64,000 nucleotides of DNA from Chrysomallon squamiferum (GCA_012295275.1 CM022674.1:12834001-12898000), one strand, 5' to 3'; positions 1 to 13,219 are shown, numbered from the stretch's first letter. The notes: a model not told the origin generated them from the sequence alone. A program made the numbers and translations.

Positions 1-851
1 AGAACACCACCATGATAAGGGAATTAGTCATTTGTTTGTATTTGTAATAGTTCTTTATCACTCTCTCAGAAATATCAACAAGAAATAAATTAAATTAAGA
101 CAACTATTAACACAAACCACTCTGAAATTAGAAGCCAAAAACGAGAACTAAACCAAAAACAACATCTGTAAGCTCCCCAGGCTCTGTTATCTTTCATCCA
201 AAGCGATTACTTCCTTTGAGATCGATAATAATGACCGCTGGTCAGTTATTCTTTCACACCTGTCCCCCATTTCGCATTAAAGGACAGTCCTCGAGGACCC
301 AGGCTGTTGGCCAGTACATGAAGCGGTCTGGTTAATCGCCGCAAATGGACAGATCGCCGTATTTTCATTGTAGTATCGCTTATTCAGAGAGCTTCCGTCC
401 TAATAATTACCGTAAATACTCTCAAATTGACGCCGGTTTTATCGATTATCTGCAGCGGGTTGACCAGGACAAAACTGGACACTTCACCTAAACGCGAAAC
501 TCTCCATCAAGTTAAAAAAAAAAAAAAAAATTTTGTTACAGTTACGTATTTCCGGAAGTGTGATAATGAGGTCACGTTCGCCATGACGTTAAATTAATTT
601 GAACGTGTTAGTAGGTTAGCGAGTTAGTGAATTAGAAATATTCTAGTTAGTACTGTTAGTTAGGTTCTGTTAGAAGAAGGCAGGTTGTTGGATGTTTTTA
701 CAGTTTTGACAGTATAAAGTTTAAGGCTGCCCACCAGAAGAATGATTAAATGGTTTCAGTATTAAAATATCTGATATTTGTTTTATGATGTTCATCGGTA
801 AACAGATTAAATTAAATTAAATTAAAATGAAGAAGATGATAATAATAATAA

Positions 852-894
<43 letters not shown>

Positions 895-948
895 AAAATA
901 AATTTGTAATATTAGTAGGAGCTCTGATGTAACTACGAAATTAATATT

Positions 949-950
<2 letters not shown>

Positions 951-1037
<87 letters not shown>
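951..1037. repeat. (CT)n microsatellite
   Basis: Perfect dinucleotide run. Confidence 0.98.
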
Positions 1038-1040
<3 letters not shown>

Positions 1041-2617
1041 TTCTCTCACTCTCCATCTTCCATCTCTCTCTCATCATCATCATCCTCCTCACAATATGCT
1101 TATCCCTAAATCTTTTTCTCATTAGCAAATCAAAAACTAAGAAAAAAACAAACAAAAAAAAACACGTTGACTCTCCCATCCAAACATCAGCGCCTGGAAG
1201 ACAAATTGAAGCCAGCGAGGTGAAAACGTGAAGACCCTCGATCAAGCCGTTGATGAGACATAAACTCTTAATCATTGCTCAAGTCAGCCGGCTAAAACTG
1301 GGGTAGAGCGACAAGGCGATTAGAAACACGCAGTTTTTTGTCGTCGAGATGCGAGTTTTGACAAATTAATGATATCGCAGCGCCCCCATGCAGTGACTGA
1401 TTGCTTATTGAAGGATTTCCACTGATAACGAAAAGATGATAAGAGTGTTAAAAAAATCTAAAAATTTATATATTTTTTTTATTATTATTATTATTAGAAA
1501 AAAAGTTGAAAATATTACTATTAGGCGTATTATTATTCTTGTTGTTGTTGGTTTTCCTATTATTACTATTATTGCCGTTGTTGATATTGTTGTTTTTTTT
1601 TTTGTTGTTTTTTATTATTATTATTATTTTTATTATTATTATTATTAATATTATTATAGATACTGATATTATTACTTTTATTACTGCTATTTATTTATTG
1701 TATGTTTTGTTACTATTGTTATTATTGTTATTGCTGTTGATCATATTATTATTATTAATATTATTATTATTACTGCTATTTTTTATTATTATTGTTGTTA
1801 CTGTTATTGCTGTTGTTCATATTATTATTCATATTATTATAATATTCATATTATTCATATTCATATTCATATTATTCATATTCATATTCATATTATTGTT
1901 GTTATTATTATTATTATCATTATTGTAATGATAGTAACGGCCAAGTTTTTCTGAATATTTCCAGTAACGTCCAATCATAACATTGTTGTTGTTTTTTAAA
2001 AATAATGATTTCTCATTATGATGATAATAATAAGAATTTGAGCCAACGATTTTTGATAATGATATTGTTTACAACAACGTCACTGATATCAGTATTAAAC
2101 ATATCATCGACAAAAATCGATATCTTGTTGATAACAGCAGAAAATCGATCAAACTTATGCCGAACATGTTATCACCAGTGACCCATCAGTACAGAAATAA
2201 CTTTACATTTCGATTCTCGTAATATCAAAAGCAAATCTAATATTATTTACTTGTTACCAAAATAACCTCTTATTATGTGTATTTTTCCCTCTATGTTTAT
2301 ATTAAGAATGTTGATTTCTTTTTTTTTTTTCTGAGAAAATTAACTCGCTCACGGTGAGAATTGATTTGATGTCAGGTGACCCACTACAAGCGTTTGCTTT
2401 ATTTTGTCACCGCTGTGTTTTTTTTACACAAATGTTGCGTGCAGTGTTTACTTAAAGAAACATTTAGTCTTTGTGATATTGATCCAGATATTTATTTGGA
2501 TTAGCTGGAGGATAATCTCAAGGATATTAGATCTCTATGAGATATCTGCAGTATTAATCACCTAGGAGATAACAATACATCTGCATTCATTTTCCAATAA
2601 ATAAGTAAGTAAGTAAA

Positions 2618-2657
<40 letters not shown>

Positions 2658-4074
2658 TAAAACAAACAGGTAAGAAGGTACGTAAATAAATAAATAATTT
2701 ATTTTACATACATATTTGTACATCGAAACCTTCTACGTTTTCTTTTGTATTACGTATGGTATACACTAAATATATTTTTAAAGTTTTATTTGTCTTTGTA
2801 TTCATCCATCCATCTGTCTCTCTATCTTTGATCTATCTATCTATCTATCTAACTATTTAATTTAATATGTAGACTTAAACTTTTTATATCTGCAATCAAA
2901 CTAATACAGATGTACATTACTGTGATCAGTATTAGGTCATTGTTATTAATAATACTGATATCATTATCACCATTATCATCATCATTATTATTATCATCAT
3001 CATCATTATCATCATCATTATAATCATTATCATTATCATCATCATCATTGTCATAACTGACACCCTCATCATGTTCGTCTATTAAAGAATCTTATTTTCG
3101 TAACTGCACACTTCGCGAGACAGTTCAGTCAGTCCCTAACACGTCGCTACTCCGTGCAAACCTAATTCCGAACACGGCAAATGTGCCCAATGGGCCGGAC
3201 AAAGGGAGAATTACAGAAACCAAAGCAGTTCGTCTGTCTGTCAATTATGAGCCATTCTCTGTCGAATTACGTCTTTCGCAAATCCCGCAATCCCATGATT
3301 CTTTAGACGTCGGCATTCAAAGCTTCTTAGCCGGCGAAACGTCATTACAAATGGCCTCCGAGGAAAATTGTCTTTTAAAAGCGAATGTAAATGACCCAAC
3401 ATTGAAAATGACATTTAGTCACGCCAGGTCGCCTAAGAACGCATCTTTATGGAAGGACAAATGACTTTAAGTAATAAATTTGTTTCATCTGACGACGCAG
3501 GCATGCTGGTAAATTAGGCTGTGTGCGGTGCGCCAGTGTTTAACGGTGGAATTCAATACCAACAATCATAGACCAATTGCCGTTCTCCGTGACGCTATTA
3601 AGAACAAACCGGAAGTTGCAAAGGAATATTCGCCTCGCTGTCGGGCTTGCTGAGATCTGTTTTTAACGTCTGCTTGCACTTTTATTGCCAGAGAGCCAAG
3701 ATGTGGAGTCGTTTAGCACGCGAGGGCTATTAAACCAGTTATCACCTTACACGAGGTTAATTTTCTTTGCAAAAAGTCAAAACGTCAAAAAAAACAATAA
3801 AGTCTTAGCCTCGATAACTCAGACTTTTATCAGTATTATCTAAACAGTTAATATTCCATAAGGTCACTGGATCGATTCCTCCCTCTCGGTTAACGTCGTT
3901 AATTATTTCCCGATCAAGACAATGCTCCGAAAAATGTGTGTCTTTGTCCACCTAGAAGTACACTCAGATAATCGCATACACAGCGGCGTAAAGCAATTTG
4001 CTTTCTCTCTGGCCGAGTAGATATTACCAGTAACCAGATTCCCCTTGCAACAAATGAGAGCACCGAATCGAGAA

Positions 4075-4242
4075 AAGGTAAAATTGCCTGTACGAGAACA
4101 TTTGTAAAGTATTTACGTTCCAGAATTGCCAGGGTTCGTGCACGTTCGTCGTGGGCAAGGTAAAATTGCCTGTACGAGAACATTTGCAACGTATTTACGT
4201 TCCAAAATTGCCAGGGTTTATGTACGTTTGTCATGGGCAAGG
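4075..4242. repeat. Tandem duplication, 2 x 82 bp
   Basis: AAGGTAAAATTGCCTGTACGAGAACATTTG... starts at 4075 and 4157, with AAGG again at 4239. The copies differ by only a few substitutions. Confidence 0.95.
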
Positions 4243-5341
4243 CAGCTGACAGCTCCATTGGTGTAGAAGATGATATGAACCTGTCTGATATTTTTCATGT
4301 ATTGAAAATGTTTTGTAACGTCCTGCTGGAAATATTATATACTGAAATATCTAGTGAAGATTAACTAGTGGAAATTTTTGGAATAACCATAGGAACTATC
4401 ATTAAAATAATTAGCTAAAACATCTGTTTGAATGTCTTGAGGAAATATGTATTGCACTGTCACTATGAAATACTGTATTATAAAATTTTTACTGGAAATA
4501 CTATGTTCTGTAAGTGTTGAGTAACTCTGTAGAAAAATAATGATACTAGAAGAAATATTACTGGGAATATTATCTACTGGAAGTTTTGTCACCTAGAAAC
4601 ACTTACTGTAAATATGATCTACTGCAAATACTCGACATGTGGGCAGCTGCTTTGAAAACGTAGTCTGTGTAGGATTTGCCTAGAGCTAAATATCTGGATC
4701 AATATCGCAGAATGTAGACATTTCACGGTGTAAATAATGAATGTGATATTTGTGTAAAAATATAGCAGCGAAAACACAAGCAGACGATTAAATTAGAGGT
4801 TACCTGATACCAAATCAATTCCTATATCCAGCGAGTTGATGTTACCCAATGAAACAAGCGATAACGAATCAATTATTTTTATTGTGATGTTTTCATACTC
4901 GTCCGGTAAAATTGATATAATGTTCTGTGACTAAAACAATAGAGAGAAAAAATATAAAAAAAAAAAAAAAAGAAAAGAAAAGAAGAAATAAAGAAAAAGA
5001 AAGAAAAGAAATTGAGAAAATGAAATAATCACGAAGAACATCCAAACAAACAAACAAACAAAAAAGAAAAACAAAAAAATAAACAAAAAATAAGTAAGTA
5101 AAAAAACCCGACAACAATGGTTTAATAAGCTAGATAAATTAAATTCATGCTCCTTGTGTGTAATTATATTATTTTATTTAAAAATTAAAATCTTTTCGCA
5201 TATATGTTTTTAACTGACATTATATTTCAATACAGAAATTAAGTTAGTTTTCTTTAAGTAATTACTTCCCTTAGATTGGTTTAAATTCTTTTTTTCTCTG
5301 CAGGATTATAAAAAGATAAAAAAGACTATCTCTATCTATAA

Positions 5342-5381
<40 letters not shown>

Positions 5382-6354
5382 ATATAATGTTTTTTGTTTA
5401 TATATTTGCTTCGTTGTTTGGCGTATGTGGTAATAATAATAATAGTATTAGTAATAGTAGTGACAGTGGTAGTAGTAGTAGTAGTAGTAGTAGTAATAGC
5501 AGAGCAGTAGTTATAGTAGTAGTATTAATAGTATTAGAGATGGTAGCAACAGGAGGAGTATGTATTAACGTGGTTGTTGTAGACGTTCTTATCAAGTAGA
5601 AGTAGTAATATAACACAGTAACAGAATGAATACACAGTAGCTGTTGTATTGTTAGATAGATCATAAATGTCACCGTAGTAGTTGTTGTTATCGTAAAGGT
5701 AGTAGGAGTGGTGACAGATTACAACTGCTGTTGTGTTAAAAAACGTATGACGTCGTATTAAAAGTAAAACAAAGCATTAAATGTTTCTTTAACACTTTAA
5801 TTACTCGCAGAACAGGAAACCAGCGCGCGGAACCGGATATTCTTTAAATGGCTTTCTTTCCTGTTTTTACCTCACAGAAGAGTTTTCCGGTAAGTGGCGA
5901 CAACTGACTTTTTTTGCTAAAAATCTCTTTAGAGAACGCGTTAAACCTTGCCAAAATACAGAGAAGATTATAATTGTCATTCTGAGCGGATTTAGCAGAA
6001 TGCATTAACTGCCGGACTATAAAATGAATGCGTCGGTTTGCCTATAATAAGGCATTTACAGGCGCATAGATTTCATGCGAATTACTCCTCATTATGTGGA
6101 CCTCTTTTTCCAAATTATATTTACTGCAGCGGCCACAGTGGCGTCGGAAGGGGACGCAATTACGCCAGGACGTTGTACGAAGACGAAGAAGCTCCGATGG
6201 GCAATTATGTCTAACTATTCACAAATTGAGAACGACACGACGTCGTCTTCCATTATGACACCATCAGTCAGAAAAAGCCATTAGTTTTTCGGGGTCAGTC
6301 ACGGTTTACACCGCGCACCCAAATGTTTATTAGTGAAGGCGGCGGACACAAATA

Positions 6355-6535
6355 CTGTAACAAAGCTGGACGTTATTTTATTTGTGGTCATTCGCGGTTT
6401 ATGCCTTGTACCCCAAAAGATTAATAGCCAAAAACGAATAGATATATAGTTATAAAACTGAACGTTAGTTGTTTGTGGTCGTTCACGGTTTATATCGAGT
6501 TCACAAAGAACGTTTTGCCAGAAGAAAACAATTTT
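6355..6535. repeat. Diverged tandem duplication, ~2 x 92 bp
   Basis: CTGGACGTTATTTTATTTGTGGTCATTCGCGGTTTAT (6366) versus CTGAACGTTAGTTGTTTGTGGTCGTTCACGGTTTAT (6458). Confidence 0.75.
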
Positions 6536-6891
6536 TAAAACCCCAAATCACCTCCCAAAATACAACAAATTAACAAAAATAAAAAAAAAAGAAAAAAAAC
6601 AAAAAATAAAAATAATATTAAAAAAAAAAAAAAAAAAAAAATAATAATAAAATAAATAAATATATATATATATATATATTATTTAAAGAAAGAAAGAGAA
6701 AGAAAATTATTTAAAATAAAATAAAGAAAAGTTAATATAAACCAGTGGACGATCGAACTTGTCTCCTTCAAAATGTTAAAAACGTGTTGGACAAAACTAT
6801 TACACACACACACTGGCAAACGTTAAACAAGACATAAACTTTAAACTAGAAATACACGTAATCTTATACAGAGAAACATGACACAATATCA

Positions 6892-6993
<102 letters not shown>

Positions 6994-7468
6994 CACACAC
7001 TAATATACATTCTTTTTTACTCGTTTACATTCAGTCGATCAGTTTACGTTTGTCGATCGTTTCATGTAGAATTCTCCAGGGTAACGTATTTACGTTATTC
7101 TGTTCTTTTCTCTTAGTTTTAAAAACAAAATTTTATAACGGATTTTGTTTATTTTATTTCATTAATTTTCACAGCACAATTGTCTGATGATTTTTATCTT
7201 CATTTTTTTAAGTTGTTATTATTTTAAAAATTTTGTAAAATATTGTTTTCTTCTCTATTATCATTTAAAAACTAAATTTGGTATAATATAATATTTTAAT
7301 ATACTATTATTTTCAATAATTAAGTTCCATAATGAAATTTATTTATTTTCAATATTATTGACAATAATAAAACTATATTTTTATTTTGTTTTTCTATTAT
7401 TATTCAATTAAAATAAAATTCTTTAATGAGATTTTTTTTTCTAATTTACAACAACAACAACAACAACA

Positions 7469-7546
<78 letters not shown>

Positions 7547-7762
7547 TTGCCAGAGGAGAAAAAATAAACAACAACAAAACAACAACAACAAACAAACAAA
7601 CAAACAATTATTACTATTATTATAATAAATAAGAAATATTATTATTATTGTATTATTTTTGTTGTCATTATTATTATATTATTATTATTACTGTTATTAT
7701 TTTTGAGGTTATTGTTGTTGTTGTTATTATTATTATTGTGATTATTTTGTTGTTTTTGTCGC

Positions 7763-7814
<52 letters not shown>

Positions 7815-8304
7815 ATTATTATTTCTGCTAATGCATTAGCTCATGTCTGGTATCTAGAGGGACAGATAACGATATTAAAACTTACAGTGTAAAACGTGTT
7901 ACCTAGGCGACAAGCACGGAAGAAGCCAGGCATCTCATTTCGTCTAACAACAGCCATTAAAAATTAAACACTACATCATTATCTCTTTTTTTCCATTTCA
8001 ATTTTTAAATGCTTGACTCGGTAACATCGGTTTTCATTTAGTCACCACTAACGTTTCGTTCCAAACCCTGAACATTTTAATCTATCAAACTTTGTCTCAA
8101 CTCTTTAGAGAATAGGTCCCGACGCTTGACGGGTACCGGGATCAATTCTCCTCGGTGTATTTGATATTTTATTTAATTACTTTAAGTTTCACAACATGTG
8201 GCCCAGAGGTGTAGGTAAAACTAATCTTTAAGATCGATATATTTGTAAAACCAAGCTTGATTGTTTCCTATTGTAGCTGAAGTAGCGATGTAAAGCCATC
8301 TTTT

Positions 8305-8505
8305 CCGATAATAATCGATTAAATAGGTCGATAATATTAACAATAACTGATTAAAATGGTCGATAGCAATAACAAGAATGATCGATTGAACTGGTTTGTA
8401 ACATTAATAGCAATAATCGATTACGGTGACCGATAACATAAACATCAATAATCGATTAAAGTGACCGATAACATTGACATGAATAATCGATTACAGCTAC
8501 CGATG
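8305..8505. repeat. Minisatellite, ~6 copies of a ~33-bp unit with palindromic core TAATCGATTA
   Basis: Recurrent CAATAATCGATTA...G(T/A)CCGATAAC units. Confidence 0.85.
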
Positions 8506-9794
8506 AAACTTATCTCTTTCAGATTATAACAAACTATATATCACACACTTGATACAAATTAATGCTTTAAAATGTTTTAAAGTAAAACGTAATTAAACTG
8601 GTATTAATTTATTACTGACACTGGAAATAAAGTTATTATATTTTCGAGTCGTTAGGTACGTTATATTTTTACGACATGCGATACTGAAATAGCTTTAACC
8701 GAATTCGATGCACGCGACATTCAGGTATGCAGGTGAAATGCTGGCTTTGTTCTACGGGTAATTATTTTCACCCGGAGTTTGAAGAATATCAAAATTCATC
8801 TTTACTAGCACCAATAGACCGGTTTTTGAGAACGTGAACATTTTTGTAATTGGCACAAGATATGTATTACGAGCCTAATTAAAAGTGAAATAATAAAAAT
8901 AATAATAATCATGACACAATCAGTTATAGTAACAACAACAGTAACGACAACAACAATAATAACGATAACGATAAGTACAACAAATAATAATAATATGATG
9001 ATAATGTTAATAATGAAATGATGATGATGTTAATAATGAAATGATGATAATGTTAATAATGAAATGATGATGATGGTAATAATAAAATGATGATAATGTT
9101 AATAATGAAATAATGATGATGATGAAAACAATGATAAAAACGATAACATTAATAATAAAATACTTTTTTTTTTTCGTAATAAAACATTATGCGCGCAGTA
9201 ACATTTTGTTGTTAATATTGTCGTCGTCGTGGTTGTTGTTATGGTCGTCGTTGTCGTTGTCGTTTTTGTTCTGTCCTCCATGTTGATGTTGTTGTTTTTT
9301 TTAAATTTTCTTTTTACAGCGATCATCCAGAACATTTATGATCGCTCTCTACTTTTTTTTTCCTTCAAAACTTTAATTTCGTTAAGTAACAAATAAATTA
9401 TTTATATTTCAATCTCTTACGTTCTTTTTTGTTCATAATTTACAGTTATGAATAGACAGGGGATTCATCTTTACAATAATATTCAAAAATAGGTTATAAA
9501 TAGTTTAAAGATAATCTATAAATTATGGGAAACATATTAATTTAACACGTATTCGTCATAATATGGTTTATAAAAATAATTTCTGAATAAAGGTATAAAA
9601 TAGTTGTGTTTAAATATATACATATATATAAATATATTATATTATGTACACACTATTGACTAATAAATAATTATACAAGCATATGTTATTTGAAAAAAAC
9701 AAAGCTAATAATAATAATAAAAACAATGAAACCTTATTAATATATAGACATAAAAACCTATAAAAAAAACCCACTTTTTTAAAAATTTGTTGTG

Positions 9795-9844
<50 letters not shown>

Positions 9845-10274
9845 TTTTTTTTTTTATGGCTGCAGCGACAATAAAAATCGTGATCCGGTTTCAAAAGTGC
9901 TTTCAAATTTCACGCGGTTAGTTGCAAAGAATCAAAGGAAAGGTATTCGATATCGGGGATAACGCATCACAATACCAATGACGTCACTGAGGTATTTGAT
10001 TGCGTCATAAAAACTAATTTGATACGAGATGAGAGGGAAGTCGATATCGCTGTACAGAAAATGCAAAATGTTAAACTTCTGGAATTACAAATGAACTACT
10101 TGTTTTTCTTTTGTTGTTGTTCTTTTTTTTTTTCTTCTGTCGCTTGTAGGTTTTATTTTTAAAGTTGTTGTTACATTAACACGCAAATTCAAGTAATACC
10201 AAAAAAATGTAACAAATTGCATCTGTCTTGATAATTATAAACTGAATTCTAATTTTTTCTTCGTTATTGCTTGT

Positions 10275-10349
<75 letters not shown>

Positions 10350-10589
10350 TATTATACGAAATGAGTTATTGTTTCGGTGTGTTTTAGCAGTGGCAGTCTG
10401 TAATTGTTTTAATAGCAGAAACAGTAGAACAATATATGTTAATAAATAAAATGAAATAAATTAGCACAACAACAACAACAACAATAACAATAAGAAGAAG
10501 ATACAGAAAAAAAGAAAAAGAAGAGAACACAAATATGAAGAAGAAATATAATAATATTAAAAAAGAATAATAATTTTTAAAAAGATAAC

Positions 10590-10637
<48 letters not shown>

Positions 10638-11169
10638 ATGTGTTCTCTCTTGTTTATTGTTATTCTTTTCTATATATGTCAAATTAAAGTGGGTAAAAAA
10701 AATAAAAGCAAAAGATGATTAGTTTTCATCTGCCTTCCACTGGGATTCGAACCCCAAAACAAAACATACATAATTAACGAGCAGCTGTTAAACACGTCAA
10801 TGTCGGCTATAATGGATTATTCTTATCACAGAATACAGACTCTTAATAGGTAATTATGACGTCACAGTTGCGATAAATGTGTGTACACGTACTAGTAAAA
10901 TGAGATCATAAAATAAGCTTCTTTTCCAAAGTGTATTTAATTAAACTGCGGAGCAAATGCAACAACAAATCAATAAAACAAAGCAAACATAAATATAAAT
11001 ACGTATATAGCCATGGTAACAATAAGCCCGTTGTGACGTCATATTTCGAATTGTTTACAGTTCAGAGAATGTAAACTATTCATACGTTTAGCGAAACGGT
11101 TATCAGACGATTGCGCAAAGAGTTATGTAAACTTTTACGTGTATGGGTGTTTGCATTTTAAACTGGTCA

Positions 11170-11382
11170 TATAAACATGTTTGTGTACATATATGTGTAT
11201 TTATGTATGTATATACATGCGCTAATAAGTGCTTCTCTGTGTATGTATATATTTATAAATGTCGTCTGTCAATATGTATGTGTGTATATATGAATATATG
11301 TATGTATGTATATGTGTATGTGTGTGTGTGTGTGTATATATATATATACACACACATACACACACAGATACAGATATATATA

Positions 11383-11419
<37 letters not shown>

Positions 11420-11620
11420 GCATATATGAGTGTATATATATTGATATATATATATATGTATATAGAATATGTGTATGTATGTACGTATGTATGTATGTGT
11501 GTATGTATCTATGTATGTATGTATGTCTAACTCTAAGTATGTGTGTATGTTAGTGAAAAGATACACTGAGAATCATATTGTTTCTGTGTACATAAGTATG
11601 TATGTATATAAATGAAGAGA
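11170..11620. repeat. Compound (TA)/(TG)/(TATG)n microsatellite at the start of the downstream intron
   Basis: Alternating purine-pyrimidine repeats. Confidence 0.95.
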
Positions 11621-11655
11621 TATACAGATGATATTGTAATACTGTTACTACGCAG

Positions 11656-11664
11656 ACTCACCTG
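11656..11664 (-). other. 5' splice donor (CAG|GTGAGT), phase 2, ending the PRRT-like exon
   Basis: Perfect U2 donor consensus exactly where GC-rich coding sequence gives way to AT-rich (TA/TG)n repeats. The apparent TGA stop of the ORF lies inside GTGAGT. Confidence 0.85.
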
Positions 11665-13179
11665 TACAGAGACTGGAAGGTGTACCACGGCCAGGGGTCG
11701 GGTTTGAACGACGTGTTGAACACGCCGTACACCCCGAACACCGTGTACAGCTGCAGCAGACAGGCGAACATGTAGAGGAACGTGATGAAGTACGTGATCT
11801 GCACTGTCCTTTGAATCATCTTGCTCTGCCGTATTCTCAGCAGACTTATAGAGGTGGCCTTAGTTCTGAGGTTGACAGACAGCATGCTGCTGTTTCTCTC
11901 CAGGTCCGTGCTCTCGTCTGCGTCCTCTGTCATCGGTCTGTAGTCGAACACACGTCGCTGGTTCCTGCTCTTCGGTTTCGGAGAGTAGAAAACCACTTCT
12001 GTGTCGGCCATGTAGCCGTTTTCCAGGACAATGTTTCTGGCGCGTGGTTCTGTCGAAACGTCAGGCGTATTGTCGTTTGTAATATCCAAAACGGAGACCT
12101 GAAGCGTTTCAAGTTCGTGCGTCTGTCGTCTGCTTTCAGTTTCTACTCCCAGGGGAGGGGATGCAGGAGGCTTGACAAGAGGTTCCATTACCCTGAGAGG
12201 GTCAAGCATTACGGAGGCATCAGAGTTTCCCCAGGGTGTCGCGTTTTCATCAGAAAGTAACACGTCTGTGGCGGAATGTTCCGATTCGGATCCTTCGGGA
12301 TCCGTTCGTGAAGGCTTCGGTAATTTCCGTGCTTGCCTTCTCGTTGTTCTGACAGGCCGACTGTCGTCGTTGTTTGACGAAGACGAGTCGAGATCGGTGG
12401 CGATCGTTATCGTCATTTGCGTTTCGTCGGCGATTTTTAACTTGGGACGATGAAGTCGTAAAGAGTTGGACGAGTGGCTGGTGTTGATGTTGCCGAGAGA
12501 ACGTCTGGCCGTGTTAAACGTGTCCAGTTCTTTCTCACTTTCTTCGTCTCGCACGCGTATTGAGTCAGCCTGAACCCGTTGCAGATGAAACTGATGCACA
12601 GGTACAGAGACAGCACAATGAAAAACCCGCTGTCCACAACGAGAAGCAGTTTAGCCCTGGGCTCGTAGAAGACGATAACTTCTGCTATGACGATACAGAA
12701 CAGATAGGACAAAGTGGATGCGAGAATGCACGTGGAGTTGGTCAGTTTGCTCTTGCCAACGTCCAGCTTGGTCAGCTTGAGCAGCATGATCTGGATAACT
12801 CCGAACGAGGCGCACAGGAGAGGGTAGACGACCTGAGAGAGGACTCCGACGAGAACTTGAGAAAGTCTGTGACGAAAGCCGTACGGGTCGAGGAGGAGGA
12901 AGAAGGAGCGGAAGATTCCTGCGAAGAAGAGGAGTCCCGCGGTGTTCAGGATGAGCCTCGACCTGAGGATGCGCTGGAAGAAGCGACAGATGATGAGGAT
13001 GCAGGACACAGAGACGAGAGCGAAGAGAACAGCGAAACCGTACACGTGAACCTGCCAGCCCAAACCCCATTCCTGCTTGGCCCGCGTCCAGTCGGGCAGG
13101 GGAAGGATTGGGTTGTTGCCGAGTCTGCTGCCATTGAAACTGACCGGCACCAGAGACAGAAGAGTCCGAGATGGGTGGA
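11662..13179 (-). CDS. PRRT3/PRRT4-like: Large coding exon of a proline-rich transmembrane protein 3/4-like (PRRT3/PRRT4 family) 7TM-type membrane protein; partial, with an internal 1-nt frame break at ~12531-12533
   Basis: Two overlapping minus-strand ORFs (12437-13294 and 11658-12599) in a GC-rich, GC3-biased block. Motifs recalled from the family: PDW..A..EW..GWQVHVYGFAVLF (TM1), FRSFFLLLDPYG (TM2), three more hydrophobic helices, a ~270-aa Ser/Asp/Glu-rich loop, LLQLYTVFGVYG (TM6) and PWPWYTFQSLYR (start of TM7). The 3' end is fixed by a TACAG|GTGAGT donor. The 5' boundary is uncertain (CTGCAG acceptor at 13180, or GTCAG at 13140). The family call comes from motif recognition, not a database search. 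Confidence 0.82.
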
Positions 13180-13219
13180 CTGCAGCGGGGTCATTGTTAC
13201 GAAACATACAAACATCCAG

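Noticed and set aside
3914-4280. Minus-strand ORF MELSAALPM... as the next PRRT-like exon
   Set aside because: The acceptor lacks a polypyrimidine tract, spacing to the expected Glu is wrong, and the ORF runs through an 82-bp non-triplet tandem duplication.
10735-10760. Pol III B-box-like GGTTCGAATCCC (minus strand); similar at 58590 and GGATCGATTCC at 3869 and 42366
   Set aside because: No A-box or cloverleaf. At most these are tiny remnants of tRNA-derived SINEs and cannot be delimited.
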